Shown here one piece after another: positions 1 through 9,149 of a DNA stretch of 38,003 bases. Source of the stretch: an uncultured Halobacteria archaeon (lineage in GTDB: Archaea > Halobacteriota > Syntropharchaeia > Alkanophagales > Methanospirareceae); the NCBI GenBank assembly GCA_964522635.1, contig CAZFWT010000005.1:6885-44887 (forward strand). Direction: 5' to 3'. Made by a program: the position numbers and the translations under genes. The notes under the pieces were generated by a model. That model saw only the letters and a program-made list of their open reading frames with translations. It was not told the origin of the DNA and made no database searches. Each line of letters opens with the position of its first letter. Positions within the stretch are counted from its first letter, which is position 1.

Positions 1-2
1 CT

Positions 3-128
3 CCAACTCCAACTCCAACTCCAACTCCAACTCCAACTCCAACTCCAACTCCAACCCCAACCCCAACTCCAACCCCAACTCCAACCCCAACCCCAACTCC
101 AACCCCAACTCCAACCCCAACCCCAACT
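3..128 (+). repeat. Coding hexamer tandem repeat (CCAACY)x21 encoding a Pro-Thr linker; runs off the left edge
   Basis: 21 consecutive CCAACT/CCAACC units from 3 to 128, then degenerate PEPTPDPTPTP codons; in frame with ORF 171..1214. Confidence 0.95.
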
Positions 129-1214
129 CCAGAACCGACACCAGACCCAACACCAACACCTCAACTACCCTTGCCGTTAGCTGGCTCGGTGCCATATGCA
201 ACGCAAGCTGGAGAATTTGAAGATACTATAGGGTTTACGTTCGTCAACGGCTACACCTATTTGGATATTGAGCGTTCTGGTGGACGAAGCACTTACCGGC
301 TGTCTGAAGTGCCTGCGTGGCAACCCGGCACCGTAGCATTAACTTCGCCACACGATGTGTGGGTTGCGTTTGGGCCACCGCTTAAAGTGGCTCACTACGA
401 CATATCAGGCGATACTGCGGTATTGTTATCGTCAGAAACAATAGGTGATAGCGACAGTAGAGTAGCAGGCTTTATACGATTGGCGGACGGCAGGTTATTA
501 ATAGCGGGGCACCAGCAAAAAAGAGTTTACGATGAGAATGGCTACAGTGCGGTCGATACGTGGCTAAAATTATATGATAATGGAGCATGGACTACCGTGA
601 CCACGAGATTATCGCCATGCAATTATGCTACGCACGAAGCTCTTGTTCAACACCAGGATGGTTCTATTTGGCATTTCGTCTTAGCTGATGGCAGTCACAA
701 CATACGACTGGTACATGGCATATTAACCCAAAATGGTATAGAGATCGATTACGCATCTAGCTTAATAAACAAAGATTCTCCATACGCACCGGAAGGCGAA
801 CTACCGTATCTGTCTGCTGTTGCTTACGGTAACAGTATCAGATTAGCGTATCAAAATGAGCATCATCACTTCTTCTCGACCAGCCCGTTCTGCAAAGGCG
901 CATACATGTATCTGGTAGACATCAAGCCTGATCTCAGCTATTCGCTGGTCTTCGAAGTGCAGCGGTACACAGAGAGAATGAACAAAATTTTATCTGGGGC
1001 AGATTGGGTAGCCTATGGACAGGTAGATGAAACAGAACTGACCTGGAACGATCTCTATCTTTGCAGAAATGAAACTGAGTTCGAGTACGTGGGCGAATTG
1101 GCAGGCGGAATACCGACGAACTCGGGTATTAACTTATGCAGTAGCTCTAAATGGATAGCTGCGCAAATGAGCGATGGTAAGATTCACTTCTTTAACGTAC
1201 CCGGTGGTCCATAG
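3..1214 (+). CDS. 5'-truncated secreted/cell-surface protein: PT linker plus C-terminal beta-rich (propeller-like) domain
   Basis: Frame is open from the window edge through the PT repeat into ORF 171..1214, so the TTG at 171 is not the true start; beta-strand-rich sequence. Confidence 0.75.
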   Translation, partial: PTPTPTPTPTPTPTPTPTPTPTPTPTPTPTPTPTPTPTPTPTPEPTPDPTPTPQLPLPLAGSVPYATQAGEFEDTIGFTFVNGYTYLDIERSGGRSTYRLSEVPAWQPGTVALTSPHDVWVAFGPPLKVAHYDISGDTAVLLSSETIGDSDSRVAGFIRLADGRLLIAGHQQKRVYDENGYSAVDTWLKLYDNGAWTTVTTRLSPCNYATHEALVQHQDGSIWHFVLADGSHNIRLVHGILTQNGIEIDYASSLINKDSPYAPEGELPYLSAVAYGNSIRLAYQNEHHHFFSTSPFCKGAYMYLVDIKPDLSYSLVFEVQRYTERMNKILSGADWVAYGQVDETELTWNDLYLCRNETEFEYVGELAGGIPTNSGINLCSSSKWIAAQMSDGKIHFFNVPGGP

Positions 1215-1216
1215 AG

Positions 1217-1233
1217 AAAGCTAAGGTAGCTTT
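1217..1233 (+). terminator. Short inverted repeat after the stop codon, possible terminator
   Basis: AAAGCTA-agg-TAGCTTT starting 3 nt after the TAG. Confidence 0.3.
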
Positions 1234-1511
1234 ACGGATTCTAGAAAAACGGTATTATACGACGAGAACTATTCAAACGCGCAGCTGATTTCGTAGCATT
1301 CGCAGAAAATAATTTGAGCAGTTGTATCCGCACATAGGCATCGGATGGCGGAGCGATAGCTGGTGCCCATCAGTAATCGCAGACAGTAGCGCGAGACGGT
1401 CATGAGCGGTTCGGAAGCCCGCGGAAGAGAAGAACGAGCTTCTGTTCTTTACTTTGAGACTTGCGCGTGACGGTACGTTGCACGAGCGATTGTGCCCTGG
1501 TTCAGATGCGT

Positions 1512-2030
1512 TTAGCGCGATTTCAGCGGCAGGTAGATATCGACAATGTGCTTCTGCTGCGGATGTTCACGGGGGTCGTTAAGATACAGCTCGAGTGCAG
1601 GGCGGTCTTTATCGGGCTGATGGCCACTCTCAGGCAGCCAGGTCCCGACCAGCGCATTCCATGCAGCTTCGTATTCGTCTTGATCGATCTCAAAATGAGC
1701 AATGGCATACCTCCCACCCGGAATGGTCATTACATCCACATCGTCTTCGGCTTTCGTGCCCTCTGGCACTGTTATGCAGACGCTCATGCCGGACTGACTC
1801 TCATCGGCGACCTCCAGAATATCGTGATACGCGGCCAGCACCTTCGTATCGGGTTGAAGGAGATTGCGTGCATCAGCCCACATGAGTAACCGCCAGAAGA
1901 GCCGCTCGAAGAGCGCAGTATCGCCCTTGTACGGGCCATTATGACGGATATACGCTACATGCAGTCCAGAAATCAGTTTTATGTCCACCGTGAATGAATC
2001 TTTTTGTAACATTTTACAACAGCACCTCAT
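1512..2030 (-). CDS. GyrI-like small-molecule-binding domain protein (AraC effector-domain type); start uncertain
   Basis: VAYIRHxGPY, IPGGRYA, W..L...WLPESG and LELYLNDP...IVDIYLPL motifs. Confidence 0.85.
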   Translation of the reverse strand: MRCCCKMLQKDSFTVDIKLISGLHVAYIRHNGPYKGDTALFERLFWRLLMWADARNLLQPDTKVLAAYHDILEVADESQSGMSVCITVPEGTKAEDDVDVMTIPGGRYAIAHFEIDQDEYEAAWNALVGTWLPESGHQPDKDRPALELYLNDPREHPQQKHIVDIYLPLKSR

Positions 2031-2148
2031 CTACACGATTTGATACAGAGGCCAGCTATAAAAGCGTTGAGGGATGCCCTTTTACTGTTGCCTTTGCTTT
2101 CCTTACGGTCAAGACAAAACTTCAGTGCATGCTTTTCATGCTCAGGGC

Positions 2149-2931
2149 TCATTCCAGCTCGTGCTTGATGATCCTGTAGAACTGATCTCGTGCTTGTTGC
2201 TCGATCCAGGGGCAATGTCCGCAGTGCTTCAGCAGTACGAATTGAAAATCGGTGAGCACCCGCGCAAGTGGCTCTCTGACCCCTTCGGCTGGATGGGGAT
2301 CGTAGTCGCCGTGTAGAGCAACGACCGGGCAGGTGATTTTCCTGCCGAGTGCGAGCAGTTCCCCGCTGCGTCTGAGCGCGTCAGCCTCAGCCCATACGCG
2401 CTGGTGAATTTGGTACTGGCATTCGAGCTGCTCACGTTCGTGGAGCAACGGGTCGTAAGCGTCCGCCTTTGCTATTAAGGTGCCCAGTCGAGCCATGATT
2501 GTGCTCTTGTCCGTGACGGCAGGGTCGTCCAGGGCTGCGGATAGGGCGAACACGTCCGCACGTTCTTCTGCACTGAGCCGTCGTAATCTTACCTCCATAA
2601 TATGGGCGGCATACGTCGTTTCAAATGGCCCGCTCCCAACGAGTATGAGCTTCTTTACCGATTCAGGATGACGCGCGGCAAGCATGAAACTGAGCCACGC
2701 GCCCCAGGACCAGCCGATCAGCGTAACGGGCAGGTCCCCGGTATGCTGCAGGATTGCCTGCAATTCCTGGATTTGCCCGTTGAGGGTGGCTGCCGTTTGC
2801 AATGGCTCGAGCACGCCCCATCCGTAAGCAAGTGCGCGCGCAACCGGGGCCATCTCGCCTGGCGCGCCCGGTCCGCCATGAACGACCGCGACCGTGAACG
2901 GCGGCGCACCATAGGTTCGGGGATTTTTCAT
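2149..2931 (-). CDS. Alpha/beta fold hydrolase
   Basis: HGGPG, GWSWG nucleophile elbow, HGDYD and CGH catalytic motifs. Confidence 0.9.
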   Translation of the reverse strand: MKNPRTYGAPPFTVAVVHGGPGAPGEMAPVARALAYGWGVLEPLQTAATLNGQIQELQAILQHTGDLPVTLIGWSWGAWLSFMLAARHPESVKKLILVGSGPFETTYAAHIMEVRLRRLSAEERADVFALSAALDDPAVTDKSTIMARLGTLIAKADAYDPLLHEREQLECQYQIHQRVWAEADALRRSGELLALGRKITCPVVALHGDYDPHPAEGVREPLARVLTDFQFVLLKHCGHCPWIEQQARDQFYRIIKHELE

Positions 2932-3219
2932 GGGTGCTTCTGCTGTGGTCGTTTTCCCATCACCTCATTAGAGATTTTCACGTTTTCAATAGCTTATAGC
3001 TCACAGGTTAACCTAGTAACGTAACGCATTGAGCGCACATGGAGTTACTAACTTACTACGAGGTGAACCTCGTGGTGCGACAGTATCAAGCTATACATCC
3101 GGAGCCACCTCTCTTTCCTTAGCCGCTCTCAGCAAACATACTCTCCACCACACGACAGAATTAGTGCTCCTCAGAGCGATCTAAGGGACTCCGTTCCGTT
3201 CAGTGGAAGTGCGCTGCTG

Positions 3220-3495
3220 CTACGTCGCCAGGAAGAAGACGATGATACCGAGCAGTAGTAGCACGACGAGCCCCACCAGTATCCCCATCATGGCTTTTCG
3301 GTGCGTTGCCAGGTATGGTTGGAGCGTCGCGGTAAGCGTGAAGAGCGCCATCAGCATGATAATGAACGTGAGCGTGTCCGCGGAGAGCCAGGTGGTGAAA
3401 TCAGCGATGATGATCGCGGCGATGATGATGACCGCATAGATCCGAATGATCCAGATTATGCTCTTCCAGTCCTTAAAAGGCGGTTCCTCGGTCAT
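3220..3495 (-). CDS. Small hypothetical membrane protein (about 3 TM helices)
   Basis: 91-aa ORF with three hydrophobic stretches and an AT-rich promoter-like region upstream. Confidence 0.65.
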   Translation of the reverse strand: MTEEPPFKDWKSIIWIIRIYAVIIIAAIIIADFTTWLSADTLTFIIMLMALFTLTATLQPYLATHRKAMMGILVGLVVLLLLGIIVFFLAT

Positions 3496-3546
3496 ACTAA
3501 CTTGATTAGCTGATGAAGCTATTAATGGTTTTTGGTTACTACACCC

Positions 3547-3795
3547 TCATTCTTTACAGGTATCCAGGTATAATTTAAACGTTCCCAGTATAACCGGCCC
3601 CAGTATAAGCCCTTTAAAGCCGAGCAATAAAGAACCGCCAATGAACCCCAGTAACATAATTCCCGGATGTATCTTCAAGCTTCCACCTGCGATTTTGGAG
3701 CTTACAATAAATACAAGGAGATCGAGCGCAATGCCAACTCCGACGGTAACTCCGGCGATAATGTACCTCCCTGCATAGATGCTTCTCCAGTTCTT
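3547..3795 (-). pseudogene. C-terminal fragment of an AI-2E (PerM/TqsA) family transporter
   Basis: Hand translation gives ...IAGGSLKIHPGIMLLGFIGGSLLLGFKGLILGPVILGTFKLYLDTCKE*, matching the AI-2E C-terminal signature; in-frame TAG at 3798-3796 with no start codon before the homologous part. Confidence 0.75.
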
Positions 3796-3964
3796 CTACC
3801 TTCTTCTTCCGCTCCCCGAAGGTAGAGAACAAAGAGACCGTCTACATGAGTGAGCCATCCTTCACGGAGCGTCGCGCGGCGATGGCACTTGCCCAGCACA
3901 GTGGCCGTCCATGAGTAAGTATTTTAAGGTTCAGCATCGAATCTAATAACGGAGGTGAAGATAT

Positions 3965-4363
3965 ATGACCAAAACATTAGGCGAGCATTTTCAATCTGCA
4001 GATTGGAAAAAGGAAAAACATGTACCAGTAATTGAGTGTCCGTCCGTGGTGAAGGCTGGAGAACTGTTTGAGGTAAAAGTGACCCTTGGAAAGGAGATAG
4101 CCCACCCTAATACGACCGAGCATCATATCCGCTGGATACAGGTCTTTTTCCATCCGGATAACGAGAAGTTCAGCTATCAGGTGGGGCACTTTGAGTTCTG
4201 CGCACACGGTGAATCTACCGAAGGGCCTAATCAAGGGCCGGTGTATACGCATCACGAAGCTGCCTTTTCGATGAAAATAGACAAGCCCGGTATGCTTCAC
4301 GCGCTGGCTTTGTGCAACATACACGGATTGTGGGAAAGCGCGGAAGAGATTAAACTCTCATAA
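3965..4363 (+). CDS. sor: Superoxide reductase (neelaredoxin / class II SOR)
   Basis: EKHVP, HPNTTEHHIRWI and CNIHGLW iron-ligand motifs; GGAGGTGA RBS. Confidence 0.93.
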   Translation: MTKTLGEHFQSADWKKEKHVPVIECPSVVKAGELFEVKVTLGKEIAHPNTTEHHIRWIQVFFHPDNEKFSYQVGHFEFCAHGESTEGPNQGPVYTHHEAAFSMKIDKPGMLHALALCNIHGLWESAEEIKLS

Positions 4364-4519
4364 GGTTGGAGAAGACGAGAGAACACTTCTTAGTCACCTC
4401 AAGAACGATCAAGCAGAGCGGCCGTTCAGCGAACCCTGGAGAAGCGGGTTAAACATCCGTTTGGTCGCGCACGTTGCTGATAACTCGGGATTCCGTTATT
4501 AGATGCTCACACTACTCAC

Positions 4520-5143
4520 TCACCGCACGTAATTCCGCAGCGTTCCCACTCCCTCTATTACAATTTCAATCGTATCACCGCGTTGCAGTGCCCCGATCCC
4601 GCTCGGCGTTCCCGTTGCTATGATGTCCCCTTTTTGTAGCGTCATCACTTTGGAGACGAACGAGACCAGCTCCTCGGTGGTAAAGATGAAGTTTGCGGTC
4701 GTAGAATCCTGCCGCAGCTCGCCATTCAAATAACTCTGTATCCGAACACTGTTCGGATCGATGTCGCTGACGATCCGCGGCCCCACGGGACAGAAGGTAT
4801 CGAAGCTCTTCGCACGTGTCCACTGTACGTCCTTCCGCTGCAGGTCACGCGCCGTGACATCGTTCAAACACGTGAACCCCGCGACAAAGTCCATAACCGT
4901 GTCAGGCTCGACGTTCCTGCACGTGTCCTTCATCACCACAGCCAGCTCAGCCTCGTAATCTACTCGCGTTGACTGTGCCGGGTAGACGATGAACTCCTCG
5001 GGCCCGATCAGGGCTGTTGGCGGCTTCAAGAATAAAATCGGCTCGTCAGGCAGCTCCATCTTCAGCTCCCGCGCATGATCCCGGTAATTGAGCCCGACCA
5101 GCACGACCTTCGTTGGCTGGTGCTGCAAAAAGGAGCGGGGCAT
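4520..5143 (-). CDS. Fumarylacetoacetate hydrolase family protein
   Basis: VGLNY..H, DYEAEL, NDVTARDLQ, KSFDTFCP and GDIIATGTPSG motifs. Confidence 0.93.
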   Translation of the reverse strand: MPRSFLQHQPTKVVLVGLNYRDHARELKMELPDEPILFLKPPTALIGPEEFIVYPAQSTRVDYEAELAVVMKDTCRNVEPDTVMDFVAGFTCLNDVTARDLQRKDVQWTRAKSFDTFCPVGPRIVSDIDPNSVRIQSYLNGELRQDSTTANFIFTTEELVSFVSKVMTLQKGDIIATGTPSGIGALQRGDTIEIVIEGVGTLRNYVR

Positions 5144-5161
5144 CTGAGTGAGATGAGAAGA

Positions 5162-6166
5162 TTACTGCTTCTTGAACAGTTGTCTGATCTCCTCGCCCAC
5201 AGTCTCGATCTGGTGTTTCCCGATGTTATCACGGCTCGCCTTCAGGAACGGAATGCCTCTCTTATACTCCTCAACCCATTCCTGCGCGAACTCACCATTC
5301 TCGACCCGCTTCAGGGCTTCCTGCATCTTCGCCTTTACTTCGGGCCCAATGATCTTGTGCCCGACAGACCACATACCGTATTCCGCGGTGTTCGAGATGA
5401 CCTCGGCCATGCGCTTGATACCGCCCTGCCAGACCAGATCGACAATTAATTTCATCTCGTGCACGCACTCGAAGTACGCCATCTCCGGTGGATAGCCCGC
5501 TTCTACCAGGACCTCAAACCCGTTCTTCATCAGCTCCACCAGGCCGCCGCACAGGACGCACTGCTCGCCGAAGAGATCCTCATACGTCTCCTGCTCGAAT
5601 GTGCACTCCAGGATACCAGCCTTGGTCCAGTGCATCGCCTTCGTCATGGCCAGCGCCAGCTCGCGTGCCTGACCCGAAGGATTCTGCTTCACGGCCACGA
5701 GCCCTGGAACGCCAAAACCCGCTACGTACGCCACACGCTCCTCAGTACCCGGCGCCTTCGGGGCGACCATGATCACGTCCACGTCCTCAGGCGGAACGAT
5801 GCGTTTGAAGCAGATATTGAACCCGTGTGAGAAGCAGAGCGCCTTGCCAGCCTGCAATTGCGGCGCGATCTGGTTCTCATAGACCATCGGCTGCACCTCG
5901 TCCGGCAGCAGAATATGGACGACGTCCGCCTTCGCCGCCGCCGCATTAATCGGCATAACCTCAAACCCCTCAGCCTTCGCCTTCTGCCAGCTTCTGTTCG
6001 GCTGACCGCCCAGTATCTCGGTCTCGCCGATAATAACGTTCACACCGGAATCCCGCAGGCAGTTCGCCTGCGCATCGCCCTGTGTACCGTACCCGATAAC
6101 CGCAACCGTCTTATCCATCAAGATGCTATCGTCTACGTCCTCATCATGTAATATGTCCAATGCCAT
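5162..6166 (-). CDS. ilvC: Ketol-acid reductoisomerase
   Basis: GYGTQG, HGFNI, APKAPG and DLFGEQCVLCGG motifs; start moved to ATG 6166, which has a GGAGGTG RBS. Confidence 0.96.
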   Translation of the reverse strand: MALDILHDEDVDDSILMDKTVAVIGYGTQGDAQANCLRDSGVNVIIGETEILGGQPNRSWQKAKAEGFEVMPINAAAAKADVVHILLPDEVQPMVYENQIAPQLQAGKALCFSHGFNICFKRIVPPEDVDVIMVAPKAPGTEERVAYVAGFGVPGLVAVKQNPSGQARELALAMTKAMHWTKAGILECTFEQETYEDLFGEQCVLCGGLVELMKNGFEVLVEAGYPPEMAYFECVHEMKLIVDLVWQGGIKRMAEVISNTAEYGMWSVGHKIIGPEVKAKMQEALKRVENGEFAQEWVEEYKRGIPFLKASRDNIGKHQIETVGEEIRQLFKKQ

Positions 6167-6259
6167 GCTCTCTCCCACCTCCATGCAGTGGTTACACAAA
6201 GAAACCGAATTTATCGCATATATAGCTTTCCGGTTCTGAGTTTTATCCCGCACCAGAGC

Positions 6260-6418
6260 TCAAAGGAGCATGATCGCCGGGATCCAATTCTCGTACACGT
6301 TACCGTTGATATCGGTAAACTGGGTGCACATAATTGTTCCTCCAGGGACGTCTTTACTTGCCGAATGGATGATCTGCGGATACGAGCCCGTGGCAAGTGT
6401 ATAGTATAGTTCTCCTGA
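6260..6418 (-). pseudogene. Remnant of a C-terminal domain (YT.xTGSYPQIIH...C..F.D.NG..Y..WIPAI.L) recalled from ANME-1 secreted proteins
   Basis: Last ~50 codons of ORF 6260..6469; the upstream part overlaps ilvN in another frame and looks non-coding. Family assignment is from memory. Confidence 0.55.
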
Positions 6419-6440
6419 GTTACCCTTCCGACCAGCGTGC

Positions 6441-6935
6441 CTATCGTTCCGCACTCGAGCCCAGTCCAATGGCCGTGACGCCTGTCCTGAACAGCTGTTT
6501 GACCCCGAAATGCCGCATCAGCTCCACAAATCGGTCGATCGTGTCCGGCTCCTCAGTCAGCTCCAGGATCACGGAATCCAGAGTCGCATCGGCGATTTTC
6601 GCACCGTAAGATTCTGCGAGCTGCATGACCTCTGATCGGGCATTGGGATCCTTGACGTGGATCTTCATGAGGCACAAATCCCGGATGACCGCCTTGGTCC
6701 GTGCCAGATCCGCGACCTTAACCACGTCGATTAGATTGCTGAGCTGCTTACGCACCTGCTCCAGAACGCTCTCTGACCCGTCAATGACGACGGTCATTCG
6801 TGACTGCCCTTCCTTCTCGCACGGCGATACGGTGAGCGAGATGATATTGATCCCGCGCATGGTGAACATGCCGGACATCCGGGTGAGCACACCAGGTTGA
6901 TCCTCTACCAGTAGCGAAATTATGTGCGTGGTCAT
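6441..6935 (-). CDS. ilvN: Acetolactate synthase small (regulatory) subunit
   Basis: ACT domain LVEDQPGVLTR..G.F..RGINI.SL; ATGA overlap with ilvB. Confidence 0.95.
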   Translation of the reverse strand: MTTHIISLLVEDQPGVLTRMSGMFTMRGINIISLTVSPCEKEGQSRMTVVIDGSESVLEQVRKQLSNLIDVVKVADLARTKAVIRDLCLMKIHVKDPNARSEVMQLAESYGAKIADATLDSVILELTEEPDTIDRFVELMRHFGVKQLFRTGVTAIGLGSSAER

Positions 6936-8725
6936 TCTTCAGCTCCTGCCATTTCCACGAGTTCTGCTGCTCTGGTCACCTCGGCCGACCGTGGTGATGG
7001 TGTTGGAAGCTGCGTGCAGTGCTCCGTGCCGATCATGCCGAGCAATCCCCCGCCGGGTGGGATCATGGGCAGCACCTTATCCTCGTTCCCCACGATCATA
7101 TCGATCACTGCGGGCTTGCCCGATGCGAAGGCATTCCGGAGGGCGTCCCGTAGATCTTCCGTTTTCTCCACGCGCTCGCCGTACGCACCAAACGCCTCGG
7201 CTAGCTTGACGAAATCGGGCGTGACGCCCAGCCCGGTATGTGAATATTTCTTCCCAAAGAAGAGCTCCTGCCACTGGCGTACCATGCCGAGATACCGGTT
7301 ATGGTAGATGCAGACCACGACGGGAATATCGTTCTCGACGCACGTGGCTAGATCCTGGCAGGTCATGAGGAAACTCCCGTCACCCGCGATATCCACGACC
7401 CTCGTGTCCGGTGCCGCGACCTTTGCCCCGATCGCCGCAGGGAACCCGAACCCCATCGTGCCTAGACCGCCGGATGAGATGAACGTACGCGGCTTTCTGG
7501 TCATGTAATAATGCGCCGCATACATCTGGCACTGTCCCACCTCGGTCGTGACGATGACATCGTCATCGAGTATGCGATTCAGCTCCTTGATGAACCGATC
7601 GGAGAGCGAGGTACCTTCCCGCCAGACGTCATTGATGCAATCCTCACAGGCCGCGTGCATCTCTTTTATCCGCTGCGTCCAGACGCTTTCGCTCGCACAC
7701 GCGTTTTTCCGCCTCTCCAACCAGTGAATGAGCTCAGCAAGCGCGAGCTTCGCATCGCCCTGGATCGGGATATCGACCGGGATGTTCTTGTTGATCTCGG
7801 CCGCGTCGATGTCCACATGGATCATGGTCGCTTCGGGCGCGAACTGATCCAGGAGCCAGCCGGTTAACCGGTCGCTGAACCGTGTGCCAATGGCAAGCAG
7901 CACGTCGCATTCATTGATGGCGCGATTGGCGTAGATGCGGCCGTGCATGCCCGCCATCCCCAGAGAGAACGGATGCGTCTCAGGGATAGCGCCTTTACCG
8001 AGGAGCGTCGTGACCACGGGCGCGCCGAGGAATTCCGCGAGGTACCTGAGCTCTTCGCTTGCATCCGCGCTGATGACTCCGCCGCCGGCCAGGATGAGTG
8101 GGCGTTCCGCATTCACCATCGCCTCGACCGCTTTCTTGATCTGCACCCGATTCGGCTTGATATTCGGCTTATAGCCCGCGAACGTCTCTTTCGGGTGCAG
8201 CGCTATCTCGGTTCTCGTTGCCAGCACGTCCTTGGGCAGATCAATCAGGACGACGCCTTTTCGACCGGTATTGGCGATATGAAAGGCGTTATGGATGACT
8301 TTCGGGAGGTCCACCGTGCGTTTCACGAGGAAGTTATGCTTCGTAACAGGCATAGTGATGGTGAAGGTGCTGGCCTCCTGGAAGGCGTTGCTGCCGATTG
8401 CTGCAGTTGGCACCTGGCCGGTAAGGGCCACGACAGGTACAGAATCCATACTCGCGTTCGCCAGGCCCGTTACCAGGTTCGTGGCGCCCGGGCCCGAGGT
8501 CGCGATACAGACGCCGGTCTTGCCGGAGACGCGTGCATAACCGTCAGCCGCGTGGGCTGCGCACTGCTCGTGCCGCATAAGGATGTGCCGGATTGAGTCC
8601 TCCGAATAGAGCACCTCGTATAAGTCCAACAGAACGCCGCCCGGTATTCCAAAGGCAACCTCAACGCCCTCGTTCTTCAACTCCTCCACGACGATCTCCG
8701 CACCGCTCAGCTTCTCTTTTGTCAT
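6932..8725 (-). CDS. ilvB: Acetolactate synthase large subunit
   Basis: FGIPGG, RHEQ, TSGPGATN, SGGLGTMGFG and the GDGSF ThDP motif; start moved to ATG 8725. Confidence 0.96.
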   Translation of the reverse strand: MTKEKLSGAEIVVEELKNEGVEVAFGIPGGVLLDLYEVLYSEDSIRHILMRHEQCAAHAADGYARVSGKTGVCIATSGPGATNLVTGLANASMDSVPVVALTGQVPTAAIGSNAFQEASTFTITMPVTKHNFLVKRTVDLPKVIHNAFHIANTGRKGVVLIDLPKDVLATRTEIALHPKETFAGYKPNIKPNRVQIKKAVEAMVNAERPLILAGGGVISADASEELRYLAEFLGAPVVTTLLGKGAIPETHPFSLGMAGMHGRIYANRAINECDVLLAIGTRFSDRLTGWLLDQFAPEATMIHVDIDAAEINKNIPVDIPIQGDAKLALAELIHWLERRKNACASESVWTQRIKEMHAACEDCINDVWREGTSLSDRFIKELNRILDDDVIVTTEVGQCQMYAAHYYMTRKPRTFISSGGLGTMGFGFPAAIGAKVAAPDTRVVDIAGDGSFLMTCQDLATCVENDIPVVVCIYHNRYLGMVRQWQELFFGKKYSHTGLGVTPDFVKLAEAFGAYGERVEKTEDLRDALRNAFASGKPAVIDMIVGNEDKVLPMIPPGGGLLGMIGTEHCTQLPTPSPRSAEVTRAAELVEMAGAEE

Positions 8726-8744
8726 TGTCCCTTTCCACTCCCGG

Positions 8745-8764
8745 AATTCTCTGCTCAGAGAATT
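8745..8764. promoter_or_regulatory. Perfect inverted repeat in the ilvB 5' region, candidate operator
   Basis: AATTCTCTG-ct-CAGAGAATT between the TATA-like TTTTATTAA (8811-8803, minus strand) and the start codon. Confidence 0.45.
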
Positions 8765-9149
8765 ATTGGTGATAGATAATAGTAATAGTATATCGGTGTC
8801 CATTAATAAAAGCAGACAACCTGCTCGGCGTGCTCGATCAAGGATTTCTCGAAAGCGGCAGTGGCCGCTGGTGTCAGTTGCGTGCTCGCACCTACTCCCT
8901 CAAAAAGAGCGGCCCCTTAACGTTCATTGACATCCAAAAGATATTTAGAGAGTGTATGAGTATCGAGTATAGTAAGATAACAAGTCCGTTGGACAGGTTG
9001 TTTGAGAAGGCGAGCTAGAGGTATCACTGGATGAAGGGAAGAAAATCGAAGAGGCCTGCGCTTCATCTAGGGGTGTAAGCAGGTATATGCAAAGCATAAA
9101 CGACGACAAAGGCTATTTAAAAGGCTAACTATGTGTAGAAGGTGGTCGT

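Noticed and set aside
1..160. Repeat at the window start as a CRISPR array or telomere-like tract
   Set aside because: No spacers; it is an in-frame Pro-Thr coding repeat
7943..8596. Long antisense or alternate-frame ORFs (this one, and e.g. 13555..14220, 24165..24758, 29754..30371, 33351..33899)
   Set aside because: Shadows of GC-rich genuine genes with no recognisable motifs
8726..8803. In-frame ilvB extension MDTDILLLLSI... resembling an Ile/Leu attenuator leader peptide
   Set aside because: Its ATG overlaps the likely TATA box so is probably not transcribed, there is no stop or terminator, and the Leu/Ile run follows from AT-rich promoter sequence
8830..9130. ORF 8830..9018 and neighbouring frames as a gene upstream of rnhC
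   Set aside because: Short, no motif, no clear start signals; at most an unidentifiable remnant
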